DNA of 26,048 bases from Candidatus Nanohalarchaeota archaeon (GCA_030635525.1 DAOVYR010000001.1:1-26048), one strand, 5' to 3'. Positions 8,586-17,498 are shown, counted from the first letter of the stretch. Made by a program: numbers and translations. The notes: generated by a model from the letters alone, not told the origin.

Positions 8586-9887
8586 CTAACACATTATCTT
8601 CGCAGCAGCACGAAACTCAAACCCTTCAATCCCATTCATAAGCGGTACTTCAGCATAATTTGTAGTTGACATGACCCCGCACCCGCAATAGCACCCGCTC
8701 TCATCAAAATGAAGTTCTTCACGAATTGCCGAAAGAATCTTATTCGCCGCTACCTCTTGAGGCACATTGATCTCCTGCTTGATACCCTGCGCCTCTTTAA
8801 ACTCCGCATCAGGCATGCTCGAATAATCCGTCGTCAAAAACAACTTCCCCCCGGAATCCACATAATCCCGAACAGCATTAATTTCTGCATCAGACCACAG
8901 CCTGACATCCTCGCAGATAACCTCCCCGCTCCTCGAAACCCCGTATATGTCCTCACCCGAGCACCATCCCGGCCTGAAAATCCACACCTGCCCATAACTG
9001 CCAAGCAACGCAGGCGTTATTTCAGCATCATGCCTGAAATCATCAACAGTAATACTCTGTGCTTTAATACTATCAGTCAACTCCTCAAAATTCGCCAAAT
9101 TCGGATCCATCTTATTATCCTCCCATATAATAAGCATGGTATCATCCACCCCCAAAAGATTATTGAAATACCCCGCCACATTAGCCGCAAAATCAACCGT
9201 GGCCTTTGGCACATTGCATACACTTGAAGTACCCGCATGATTGCAAAAAGGCGTAGTATCCCCAAGCAAAACCATCTCATCCTCAACCATCACACACGTT
9301 GGCTGTCTGTTGCACCCCATAAGCACAGTATAATTGCACCTTGAAAAGACGCAGCCCGTCTCTGACACTGTCGCTTCAATATCATCCGCAAGCACCGAAA
9401 CACCGCACTCATTTTTCACAAAATAAGTAGGAAACGTAGTATATGTCGGCTTCTTCAAAATCTTATCCGCAAGCGACAAAACAGTCTTCTTCTGCCCGAA
9501 ATAACTCATCTCAATCTCGCACTTCAACCTTCGGCACGTCAGCCTGTCCTCCCTCAACTTCATGCACAAGTAACTCCCGACAAACGTCTCATGCTTCTCC
9601 ACCTTTTCATCAAACTCTTCCGGGAACACCTTATCATCATTCGCAATATAAAGACCCTCGACAATATCCGGGATACTGATATCATAGAAATCCTCCTCAC
9701 CCTCGCTGGCCGTACACAATGTATTAGTGCGCGTATATATTTCAGAAAACTGCTGTTTCGCATCTTGTCGCGCATTCTCCATAAAAACCTTACTAAGCAT
9801 ACTCGTAAATGTCCCGATAACCAGAAGCCCGATAATCAGCCCTGAAATCACCCAGTTCCACGCAAACGCCTTTCTTTGACTATTCAT
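8586..9887 (-). CDS. Class III signal peptide protein, family E, with a C-terminal GATase-like/DUF4350-like alpha/beta domain (433 aa)
   Basis: MNSQRKA|FAWNWVISGLIIGLLVIGTF. Core C...LC...C...C.I.MSY.G shared with 23233 and 24835. C-terminal AEINAVRDYVDSGGKLFLTTD resembles class I GATase-like folds (tentative). Confidence 0.75.
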   Translation of the reverse strand: MNSQRKAFAWNWVISGLIIGLLVIGTFTSMLSKVFMENARQDAKQQFSEIYTRTNTLCTASEGEEDFYDISIPDIVEGLYIANDDKVFPEEFDEKVEKHETFVGSYLCMKLREDRLTCRRLKCEIEMSYFGQKKTVLSLADKILKKPTYTTFPTYFVKNECGVSVLADDIEATVSETGCVFSRCNYTVLMGCNRQPTCVMVEDEMVLLGDTTPFCNHAGTSSVCNVPKATVDFAANVAGYFNNLLGVDDTMLIIWEDNKMDPNLANFEELTDSIKAQSITVDDFRHDAEITPALLGSYGQVWIFRPGWCSGEDIYGVSRSGEVICEDVRLWSDAEINAVRDYVDSGGKLFLTTDYSSMPDAEFKEAQGIKQEINVPQEVAANKILSAIREELHFDESGCYCGCGVMSTTNYAEVPLMNGIEGFEFRAAAKIMC

Positions 9888-9909
9888 ATTACTGCCCTAA
9901 ATCAGACTT

Positions 9910-10701
9910 TCACATTGCCGGCAATTCCTCGACTCTCTCATCTTCATAGACCCCGACTTTCGACGGCCATTCCTGACCATCAATTGTGACCTCAAACAAA
10001 AGGATTGGAACATCATCCCACTTCCATGGCCCCCTGGCATTCATAGAAACCACGGTCTTCCCCTCGGACTCATAGTGGCTCTCAATCAACTCTCTTGCCC
10101 TCTCTTCACTAAGCGACAACTCTATTAACTCACACTTCTTAGTATCTGTATTGCATTCCTCAGAAGGATTAGTACAAAAGCAGTCAATGCAGCAGGTATA
10201 TGGCTCCTCTGGTGACTCGCACCTGCCATCTCCGCATACGGGCTTAACACATATTTTCTCAGTAGGCGAACAGCGCATCCCCGTTCCACACCTGCAATCC
10301 TTGCAGTCAAAACAATTCTCAGACGCATCACAAACCCCGTCTCCGCACTCAGGCCCTTCAGGCTCTATTTCCTTTTCTACACACTTCTTCTCAAAAGAAC
10401 ATTCCTCATCTGCTTTGCATCCGCAGTCTTTCACGCAGTCCGCGCAATTCTCAGTCTTATCACACTTCCCGTCACCGCAAACTATTTTCGGATCCACCGG
10501 CGGATTATCACCAGAAGGACCATTATCGCCGGAATCTCCACCCATAAAAGAAAATATTGCAACAATAAGAACAATCACAACAGCAAGCCCTCCAACAAGA
10601 AATAACACTTTCTTCTTATCAATCTCTGCGCCAGCATCCTCTGTTTGATATTGCCCCGCACCTTCATCTGCACTATATTGATTAATCACATAAATCACCA
10701 T
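9910..10701 (-). CDS. Single-pass membrane protein with three CGDGxC Cys-rich repeats and a possible PepSY-like C-terminal domain (about 263 aa; alternative GTG start 10689)
   Basis: TM VLFLVGGLAVVIVLIVAIFSF. Repeats CGDGKCDKTENCADCVKDC, CGDGVCDASENCFDCKDC, CGDGRCESPEEPYTCCIDC. The track start at 10776 lies inside the upstream gene and was rejected. Confidence 0.75.
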   Translation of the reverse strand: MVIYVINQYSADEGAGQYQTEDAGAEIDKKKVLFLVGGLAVVIVLIVAIFSFMGGDSGDNGPSGDNPPVDPKIVCGDGKCDKTENCADCVKDCGCKADEECSFEKKCVEKEIEPEGPECGDGVCDASENCFDCKDCRCGTGMRCSPTEKICVKPVCGDGRCESPEEPYTCCIDCFCTNPSEECNTDTKKCELIELSLSEERARELIESHYESEGKTVVSMNARGPWKWDDVPILLFEVTIDGQEWPSKVGVYEDERVEELPAM

Positions 10702-13037
10702 TTTGACTTGATTTTTAATGTAGGATCTCCCATCAGATAGTTGATATGATATTGATAAGTATGCCCGCCACCGCACTCACATCCATAGCTGGAAGGATAC
10801 CCGAAAAACGCATTCTTCCCTTTCATATAAGCATTTCCTATCCTTGTCCCCACACTGAACCTTGTAGCAACTTCTGTATATAGTGAACCAATACAGCAGT
10901 CACCCCCGGGTCGCCCGGCGCATGGCATAAAATTACCATAATTATTATCAGAACTCCCCAAAAACACAGCTCCGCCATTCTTTAAGTATGTCATCGCAAT
11001 AGAATTTGATGTTGTGCTTTTCATTGTTAAATGCCCTCCGCCGCAAGCCATACTCATCCACAACGCATCTGACAGGTCAAGACTATTGAAACTGGCAGGA
11101 TTTGCATTAACAGAGCCTCCATGAAGCATATCTGTCACACTCGGTCCCGGCCCGTGCGCAAGCACAATCACAAAATCCTTTCCACTTGTCTGGGCAAGAT
11201 CAATATTTCCACAAATGCCATCGCATGGCGAATCCCCCCATACATCCTGGCATGTGCATATCCCGGAGTTCCAGTCTCTTGCATCATATCCCCCGCAACC
11301 GTATGTCGCAGAGCCCATAATCGGCGATGCATGTGAATTAAGGACAATCCCTCCGGTCTTGTGCAGGTTTATTGCAGTATCTAGTGTATTCAGTATTACA
11401 TCTATATCCCCGCTATTCGGTGCAGGCATTCTCCCGACAGGAATGTCCACCATATAATTACCATCACCATCAATGTCACCATAAGGGTCATCCGAGCCCC
11501 ACTTAGAACCAACCGGGGCCTGCGGGAAATTAGCATATCCGCCGATAATAATCAAATATTTCGTTTCCATTTTTACTATTAATCCCTCAAGAACCAGATC
11601 AATATCCGTCCAGCTGCCTGTATTCGTAACATGCCCGTTAGGCGACATCACAGTATCCATCATATCTTCATCATCAATATAAAAAAACGACCCATCAAGC
11701 CCGTCAACAGCAAGTGCCTCAATAAACAGGTTAATCTTATCCTCAAGATCGGCAATCTGCCCTTCAGAATACACACTTTCAAGATTACCCTTAAGCGCAA
11801 CAATCAACACCTCGCCCCCAAGCTTGCACTCAGTCCCGTTCCATCTCTCTCCCGCAGGACAGCAATGCTTATCTCCCACAGGCCCGTTGCACACAAGCTT
11901 CTCAGGCGCATCAGAACACTCAGGCTGGCACGAACAATTCTCCCCCTCAATCTTATTCAAAACCAGCTCAGCGCACCCGCTCATATCCGCATTGACCGCA
12001 TCAGGACAGCAAAAAAAGTCAGTACCCATATCACCGCAATCACCATCCACCGGACAGTCATCCGTACACGTCTCACAATTCTCCCCTATACCGCACTTAC
12101 TATTCCCGCAGCATTCAGTCAGGTCAAACCAGTCAGTAAACCCGGTAGGACAATCCGGGTCCTTATCAAGAAAAGTACAATCAAAAGAACAGAACCCATT
12201 GCAGATTCCGTCACATTCATAACAGTCAGTATCATTAAGCCCGCTTGGGTTCCCGGGGTATGTCGTAGAATTGCAGTCAAAATCACAGTGATGATTTGCA
12301 GGAGCGCAATCAGGATCACACCTGCCATCTCTCACACCCTGCGAATCCGGGTCACATATTCCATCCGTATTAAAAACATCAACGCAATCCGGGTCATAGG
12401 CCCTCTTAGGATCAAGATCATCATTATAGCAGTCAAGATCGCATATCCCGTCAAGATCCCCTGCATCCACAACATAATTATCATTTTGGTCAACACAATC
12501 AATATCGCACTGCACATCCTCTCTTGCATCAGGAACATAACACAAAGGGTCGCACACATGCTCCTCTTCATAAGAGCATATCGCATCGCACTTATCATCA
12601 TAAGGGTCGCACCCCTCCATACCCACCTCGATAATAATATCCTTAGGACTCCCCGAAGTCCATATCTGCAGGTAGTCACCCATCTTCACAGGAAAATCAC
12701 CATCATTCCCGTAAACAAGAATAGCACCTGCGCCAATAGGCGACGGCGCCCCGCTGCGATAAAACACAAGCGGGCTACCCTCAGTATCGACAATCTCGTA
12801 AGTATAAGCAAGTTCATTAAAATCATCATGTGACATAGAAAAACTGGTCTTGACATTCATTGCCTCATTACAGTCACCATTATATATTGCCTCAATCAAC
12901 GCCTGGAAATCATCATACGATACTTCCTCATCAGACATCGCCACACATACATCATAAACAACACCGGATGTATTATTAAAAAGAACCACAACACCTAAAA
13001 GAACCGCAACACCTAAAAAAGCAAATTTCGCATCCAT
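10695..13037 (-). CDS. Secreted or membrane-anchored peptidase C25 (gingipain-like) family protein with Cys/Asp-rich repeats (780 aa)
   Basis: N-terminal hydrophobic segment. C25-type motifs: YLIIIGG; SDDPYGDIDGDG...DIPVGRMP; catalytic His in LAHG (11154-11156); catalytic Cys in SMACGGG (11043-11045); GGAVFLGSS; terminal YLMGDPTLKI. Confidence 0.8.
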   Translation of the reverse strand: MDAKFAFLGVAVLLGVVVLFNNTSGVVYDVCVAMSDEEVSYDDFQALIEAIYNGDCNEAMNVKTSFSMSHDDFNELAYTYEIVDTEGSPLVFYRSGAPSPIGAGAILVYGNDGDFPVKMGDYLQIWTSGSPKDIIIEVGMEGCDPYDDKCDAICSYEEEHVCDPLCYVPDAREDVQCDIDCVDQNDNYVVDAGDLDGICDLDCYNDDLDPKRAYDPDCVDVFNTDGICDPDSQGVRDGRCDPDCAPANHHCDFDCNSTTYPGNPSGLNDTDCYECDGICNGFCSFDCTFLDKDPDCPTGFTDWFDLTECCGNSKCGIGENCETCTDDCPVDGDCGDMGTDFFCCPDAVNADMSGCAELVLNKIEGENCSCQPECSDAPEKLVCNGPVGDKHCCPAGERWNGTECKLGGEVLIVALKGNLESVYSEGQIADLEDKINLFIEALAVDGLDGSFFYIDDEDMMDTVMSPNGHVTNTGSWTDIDLVLEGLIVKMETKYLIIIGGYANFPQAPVGSKWGSDDPYGDIDGDGNYMVDIPVGRMPAPNSGDIDVILNTLDTAINLHKTGGIVLNSHASPIMGSATYGCGGYDARDWNSGICTCQDVWGDSPCDGICGNIDLAQTSGKDFVIVLAHGPGPSVTDMLHGGSVNANPASFNSLDLSDALWMSMACGGGHLTMKSTTSNSIAMTYLKNGGAVFLGSSDNNYGNFMPCAGRPGGDCCIGSLYTEVATRFSVGTRIGNAYMKGKNAFFGYPSSYGCECGGGHTYQYHINYLMGDPTLKIKSKW

Positions 13038-13102
13038 AAACACACCCAAGCCTACCAATTATATCTAACAATATATATTGTCAAAGTACTATATATAATT
13101 TA

Positions 13103-13238
13103 TTCCCAAGTGGGTCCAATACACCGCAGCTTGCTGCGGATATAATTCACTTGGGAAGACTAAAAATCGCCGACTTAGAAATTCGCGTAATACTCCGGAG
13201 CTTGCTCCGATTGGGATAGCGAATTTCAGGCGATTTTT
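13103..13238. repeat. Tandem pair of long hairpins, each capped by G-CTTG-C (REP-like element or structured RNA)
   Basis: Hairpin 1: ttcccaagtg (13103-12) / cacttgggaa (13148-57) with inner ccgcag-cttg-ctgcgg. Hairpin 2: aaaaatcgcc (13162-71) / ggcgattttt (13229-38), gaaattcgc / gcgaatttc, inner cggag-cttg-ctccg. Confidence 0.8.
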
Positions 13239-13262
13239 TTTATTTCAGGAAATAATCATTCG

Positions 13263-13712
13263 TCAGAAAGACTCTTTAATCTTATCAACAATCCGCTTAC
13301 TACTATAAAGCGCACCTAACTCCACTTCATCCACCCTTTTAACCGCCGCCGCAAGCCCCGCTTTCTTCAATTTCCCACGTAAATCTTTCACATCATGCAT
13401 CTGGTTAGGACCAACAACAATCACATCCGGCCTTATATCCTTCACAATTTCAATAAAATCCTTCCCTTCATACCCCAAAACAGCAAAATCCACGCTCTTC
13501 AGCGCCCCGACAACCTCAACCCGCTGGTTTTCAGGAACAACGGGCGCCCTCTTAAGCTTAAGAGCAGTAGAATCACGCGCAACAACAACACAAAGATAAT
13601 CCCCAAACTCCCGCGCCTTCTGAAGAAAAAAAACATGACCGGGATGAACAATATCAAAAACCCCGCCAACAAGAACAACCTTCTCTTTTTTCCTCAAATC
13701 CCTGACATCCAT
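13263..13712 (-). CDS. ribL: Archaeal FAD synthetase (cytidylyltransferase-like, HxGH nucleotidyltransferase)
   Basis: VLVGGVFDIVHPGHVFFLQKAREFGDYLCVVVARD...PVVPENQRVEVVGALKSVDFAVLG...IVKDIRPDVIVVG. Length 149 aa fits the RibL family. Confidence 0.85.
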   Translation of the reverse strand: MDVRDLRKKEKVVLVGGVFDIVHPGHVFFLQKAREFGDYLCVVVARDSTALKLKRAPVVPENQRVEVVGALKSVDFAVLGYEGKDFIEIVKDIRPDVIVVGPNQMHDVKDLRGKLKKAGLAAAVKRVDEVELGALYSSKRIVDKIKESF

Positions 13713-13741
13713 ACCACTATTTATACAGAGCCAGATTTATA

Positions 13742-13780
13742 TTTTTGATTGCATATAAAGTGTGAACCGACAATCAAAAA
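13742..13780. promoter_or_regulatory. 10-bp perfect inverted repeat overlapping the ribL promoter region
   Basis: tttttgattg (13742-51) / caatcaaaaa (13771-80) with a 19-nt spacer containing a TTTATAT box on the minus strand. Adjacent to minus-strand AAAAATATAAAT, about 25 nt upstream of the ribL ATG. Confidence 0.45.
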
Positions 13781-13830
13781 GCTTGAAATCCGCCAAATGC
13801 CTCGAAATTTCATGACTGATTTACCGCAAA

Positions 13831-14268
13831 TCAACTCTTAACATGAATCTCATTCTTAACAATCACATAATTAATAGAAAAAAGATCATCCGCAAAATTA
13901 ACACCTGTGTAATCAACACTACCTACGATTTCAGGATCAAGCAAGCCATCTATGGCAGGTCCGCTCGTTCCCACCTCAGCAGTCCCCTTCAGCACAAAAC
14001 ACACCCTGCTGTCCTTAGCATCCCTCGTCTCAACCCAGCACAACTCAATAAAATGAGCAAAATCCTCGACAGTGAACGGTCCCTCAATAAATGCAGCATT
14101 CGTATCAATATCGTCATCCACATTAGGATCAGCAATAACCTTCCACTTCTTCATGATATCTCCCCTGAAATTATAGATCATCCCGATAACAACCGCCACA
14201 ACCACAAGTACAATAATCATCTTCGCGATATACTCAAGCGACATCTGTGCTTTCCGTCTTAACATCAT
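13831..14268 (-). CDS. Class III signal peptide (archaeal type IV pilin-like) protein, family F (145 aa)
   Basis: Canonical RRKA|QMSLE with +1 Q and +5 E, followed by a hydrophobic helix. ELCW...RVCFVL motif. Confidence 0.85.
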   Translation of the reverse strand: MMLRRKAQMSLEYIAKMIIVLVVVAVVIGMIYNFRGDIMKKWKVIADPNVDDDIDTNAAFIEGPFTVEDFAHFIELCWVETRDAKDSRVCFVLKGTAEVGTSGPAIDGLLDPEIVGSVDYTGVNFADDLFSINYVIVKNEIHVKS

Positions 14269-14837
14269 GCTTTCACCATAACAGTATCATTAATCTCATT
14301 ATACTCAATTAATATTAGTGGCTGGTTCCTAATAAATGTATCCCTTACCTGCCATTCAATAGTATCATGGATCCCGCAATTGCCGTCATAGATTACAGCA
14401 TCGCCATTCTCATCGACAATCACATTATTCTCAAGCACATCACACCCACCCTCATCCTCAAGGAGCTTGGTAACATTGTATTCATATATATTATCATCAG
14501 GACGCTCCTCAGCAAGCAGCGCATAGCAAAGTCGCACATTATTCTCCTGCAGGCACCCTGCCTTATGCTGATAGCATGTAATGGCATGCGCCGCTATTTC
14601 GCGGGTAAAACTCTCAGTATCCGAATCCATTATCTTGTACCGCTCAGAACTGCATGTCGCCATCTCGCAAAACGCAGGCGGCTCCGCGATAGTTGAATAA
14701 ACAGAACAGAATATTCTATTCACAGAAAGATTTATTACCCCGAGAAACGAAAGAAGCACAAACAGCGACACAAAACCAATCGTGATTATACCTATAGTCT
14801 CAATTGCCAGCCCTTTTTTATTGCGATATTTACCCAT
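14265..14837 (-). CDS. Class III signal peptide protein, family F (190 aa)
   Basis: MGKYRNKKG|LAIETIGIITIGFVSLFVLL. ITCY...RLCYAL motif. ATGA overlap with 13831..14268. Confidence 0.85.
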   Translation of the reverse strand: MGKYRNKKGLAIETIGIITIGFVSLFVLLSFLGVINLSVNRIFCSVYSTIAEPPAFCEMATCSSERYKIMDSDTESFTREIAAHAITCYQHKAGCLQENNVRLCYALLAEERPDDNIYEYNVTKLLEDEGGCDVLENNVIVDENGDAVIYDGNCGIHDTIEWQVRDTFIRNQPLILIEYNEINDTVMVKA

Positions 14838-14886
14838 GGCTAATTATAGGTCACTCTACTAAATAAAGTTTTACCCTAAAAGAAAG

Positions 14887-15534
14887 CTAGCAATTTTCAG
14901 TACACTTAACACAAAGCTCGTCCGCCGTCCCTCTGCACTCATCATAGAAACTATCGCATAGCACACCCGAAGAGCATCTGGAATGCATTTCTTCACAATT
15001 ATTCTTGAAATCATCGCATAATAGCTTGCACTTCTCAACGCAGCACGCCCCGACACAAACCGAATTCACCTCTATAATCTCAATCCGCCTTCTTGATGCC
15101 ACATACGTTATCTTGACTTCACTATCTTTATTAAAAACTTCCCAATACACTTTATCCTCTTCACCGCAATCCTCATCTGCCTCATCTTCTATATTCAGAT
15201 GACTGTTCGCCAGATACCCGCAATCAAGATACCTGTTAAAATCAGACTCCGTATAGTTCTCAGTAGAATTCACAGTCAACGTATAACAGACATCATTCGC
15301 TTTAGAATTGCCCTTTTTATTCAGCTTCCAGCAATTTTTTGCAAGTATCGCAAGAGTCTCAGAAACAAAATCCGAATCTCCAATCACATTGTCTTCCTCA
15401 AACGAGTTCTTTACACCGATTCCAAACTTACTGACCATGGCAAAAAGCAGCATCCCCAGCGCAAGCGCGAAAATAATCATAATCAGTTCAGGATAAGACA
15501 TTACTGCCCCTTTTCTTCTCTTCATATAAACCAT
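14887..15534 (-). CDS. Class III signal peptide protein, family F, with a Cys-rich helical tail (about 215 aa; alternative starts 15549 and 15525)
   Basis: MKRRKG|AVMSYPELIMIIFALALGMLLF. KNCW...DVCYTL motif. Tail CVGACCVEKCKLLCDDFKNNC...C. Confidence 0.85.
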   Translation of the reverse strand: MVYMKRRKGAVMSYPELIMIIFALALGMLLFAMVSKFGIGVKNSFEEDNVIGDSDFVSETLAILAKNCWKLNKKGNSKANDVCYTLTVNSTENYTESDFNRYLDCGYLANSHLNIEDEADEDCGEEDKVYWEVFNKDSEVKITYVASRRRIEIIEVNSVCVGACCVEKCKLLCDDFKNNCEEMHSRCSSGVLCDSFYDECRGTADELCVKCTENC

Positions 15535-15551
15535 ATAATCTATATCCATAC

Positions 15552-15565
15552 CAGTATATATAATT
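15552..15565 (-). promoter_or_regulatory. TATA-box-like motif (minus strand AATTATATATACTG)
   Basis: TTATATAT begins about 30 nt upstream of the ATG at 15534. Near-identical copies at 17500-17514, 17518-17531 and 22152-22166. Confidence 0.55.
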
Positions 15566-16251
15566 TACTTCAGCATATATTCAAGAGCATCTTCAAGGTT
15601 CGCAACCTCAATGACCTTGATGCCAACCTCCCGACCAACATCAATCTCTTCCTTTTCAACAACACCCACACACTCAGAACCCTCCGCACACACCTTTCTC
15701 TCAACATAATTAGTATCAATTGCATTACCCTCAGGCACAAGAAATGTCTCAACCCCCTCCTTCTTCAGAGCCCGTGCCTTATCCAGTATTTTACCTGCGC
15801 TTAAAATCCTTCCATCCTGTCGGATTGCCCCTGTAATCGCAACAGACGGCATAACCTCCCTCCCCATAGCAGCCGCAGCAATCCCAACCGCAACCGCAGC
15901 ACCCATAGACTCGCCTTCAATCATGGCACCCCCGCAATCAAACGACACCGCCACATCATATTCCTCAGCACAAGCCTCTGCAATCCCGAAACCGGCACTC
16001 GCAGCATCCTTAATCATCGGCTGCGCCCTATACTCATCCACATACGCATCCCCGATATCCACAAGCACTCTCCCCGTACCCGGCACAAGAGATATGGATG
16101 CATCAACCACCTGCGCACCCTTTGACCCATTCATGACCGGCACCTTTATTGTTGCAGAAGACAAATACCCTCCATAATCTCCATTGCCCGCAACCATCCA
16201 TACAGCAATCAAAAAAGCACAAACAAACCCAATATCCTTACCATAGCTCAT
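15565..16251 (-). CDS. Exported or membrane-anchored Lon-type (S16) serine protease domain without an AAA+ module (about 228 aa)
   Basis: N-terminal hydrophobic segment. EGESMG Ser (15907-09) and ILDKARA Lys (15778-80) are exactly 43 residues apart, the canonical Lon dyad spacing. VAITGAI..DG.I and FLVPEGN motifs. Confidence 0.85.
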   Translation of the reverse strand: MSYGKDIGFVCAFLIAVWMVAGNGDYGGYLSSATIKVPVMNGSKGAQVVDASISLVPGTGRVLVDIGDAYVDEYRAQPMIKDAASAGFGIAEACAEEYDVAVSFDCGGAMIEGESMGAAVAVGIAAAAMGREVMPSVAITGAIRQDGRILSAGKILDKARALKKEGVETFLVPEGNAIDTNYVERKVCAEGSECVGVVEKEEIDVGREVGIKVIEVANLEDALEYMLK

Positions 16252-16289
16252 ACCTACCAATATGGCAGAACATACTTAAATTTGAATTG

Positions 16290-16311
16290 AAAAAATAAAA
16301 GAAAAAAAGAA
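16290..16311 (-). terminator. T-rich terminator-like tract after 16336..17436
   Basis: Minus strand TTCTTTTTTTCTTTTATTTTTT. Confidence 0.55.
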
Positions 16312-16335
16312 CAGGGAACAATCCCCATCCTGCTC

Positions 16336-17436
16336 TTAATCAACAACTTCACAGTTCGTCCCGATAGTATCCACAATATAAAGCCTCCAGTCCAGGTAAT
16401 CCTTGGCATTTAACTTGTGGCACTCATCAACTACATCAATTCTCACACGGTAGCTTCCAACAGTAGTACCCTGTGCAATAAGATGACCTGTCGAATCCAG
16501 AGAAGAACCCTCTACACCATCCGTATGCTTCGGATCGAAACAAAGCTCCTTAGTGAACGGTTCAGGAGTCTGGCTATTAAAGCAACTCACACCGTCAACT
16601 TCCGCCGTAGGATCAGGACACTCAATCTCGCACGTCACATTGATGCAGCAATTCTCGATGTCACTACCGCAGAACTCCTCCTGAAGTTTCCTGCATGCTT
16701 CCTCAACACCAAGAAGCACCTTCTCACTATCCGAAATCTCATCATCAGTACATACTTCCCTCACAGTTGATGTCACAATAATATTGAACATATCTCCGCT
16801 GATGAAGTTAAACAATGTATAATAAATCGGCCAGAACTGGTTCGGAGCAATATCGGCAACTATATTGCCTTCATACCTGTCCTTCTGATTCTCCTTTCCT
16901 GTAACCTCGATTGTGCCGCCCGTAAGCCCATTCTGGAACGCATCCGCCACCTCTACATTCCTCTCAAGGTAAGGATAACATGCTGCCTCAGACGGGTTAT
17001 AAGACCCCACGCAATCATAATCAGAAATAATCACACCTTTGGACTCATAGTGCTCCCTTTCTTTCATCACAAACTCTTTCATAAGCGAAAGTGACGTATT
17101 GCTCAACGAACACAAGACTTCTTCCTCAGTAGGAGCAGTAAGCTCACCATTAGCAACCCAGTATCTGGTCCCTGTAATCCCGCAATTTTCACCACCGCCT
17201 GCAATCGCGACATCCATTGATCCCTCCTGGCTGGAATATATCAAATCCGTCTTAAGGGTCCTTTTCACCGTCTCAAGAACCGCCCTGTTCTCCTCACTCG
17301 CCGTAATATCTGTAATCCTGTCCTGTGCCCCGGCACCAGCCATATTCTGGTAAGTCATCCAGCCGATTACAACAGCAACTCCAAGAACAGCAATTATTCC
17401 AATTGACGATGTAGACATTCCTTTTTTCTTCATCAT
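16336..17436 (-). CDS. Class III signal peptide protein, family C (366 aa)
   Basis: RBS AGGTGAT at 17442-17448. MMKKKG|MSTSSIGIIAVLGVAVVIGWM. Paralog of 2117..3427. Confidence 0.85.
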   Translation of the reverse strand: MMKKKGMSTSSIGIIAVLGVAVVIGWMTYQNMAGAGAQDRITDITASEENRAVLETVKRTLKTDLIYSSQEGSMDVAIAGGGENCGITGTRYWVANGELTAPTEEEVLCSLSNTSLSLMKEFVMKEREHYESKGVIISDYDCVGSYNPSEAACYPYLERNVEVADAFQNGLTGGTIEVTGKENQKDRYEGNIVADIAPNQFWPIYYTLFNFISGDMFNIIVTSTVREVCTDDEISDSEKVLLGVEEACRKLQEEFCGSDIENCCINVTCEIECPDPTAEVDGVSCFNSQTPEPFTKELCFDPKHTDGVEGSSLDSTGHLIAQGTTVGSYRVRIDVVDECHKLNAKDYLDWRLYIVDTIGTNCEVVD

Positions 17437-17498
17437 ATTATATCACCTTCCATCCTCTTCAAATCCAAGATTATATTTATTTATCTATTTCACCTTAA

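Noticed and set aside
11631-12833. Long plus-strand ORFs antisense to real genes (400 aa here; also 158..841, 2885..3442, 8709..9227 and others)
   Set aside because: These are shadow frames caused by the G/T-rich codon usage of the minus-strand genes. The translations are H/I/P/R-rich with no motifs or RBS, and they fully overlap well-supported CDSs.
13103-13238. tRNA, CRISPR repeat or SRP/RNase P RNA
   Set aside because: No cloverleaf, T-loop or anticodon arm, no regularly spaced repeat-spacer units, and no recognisable SRP or RNase P motifs.
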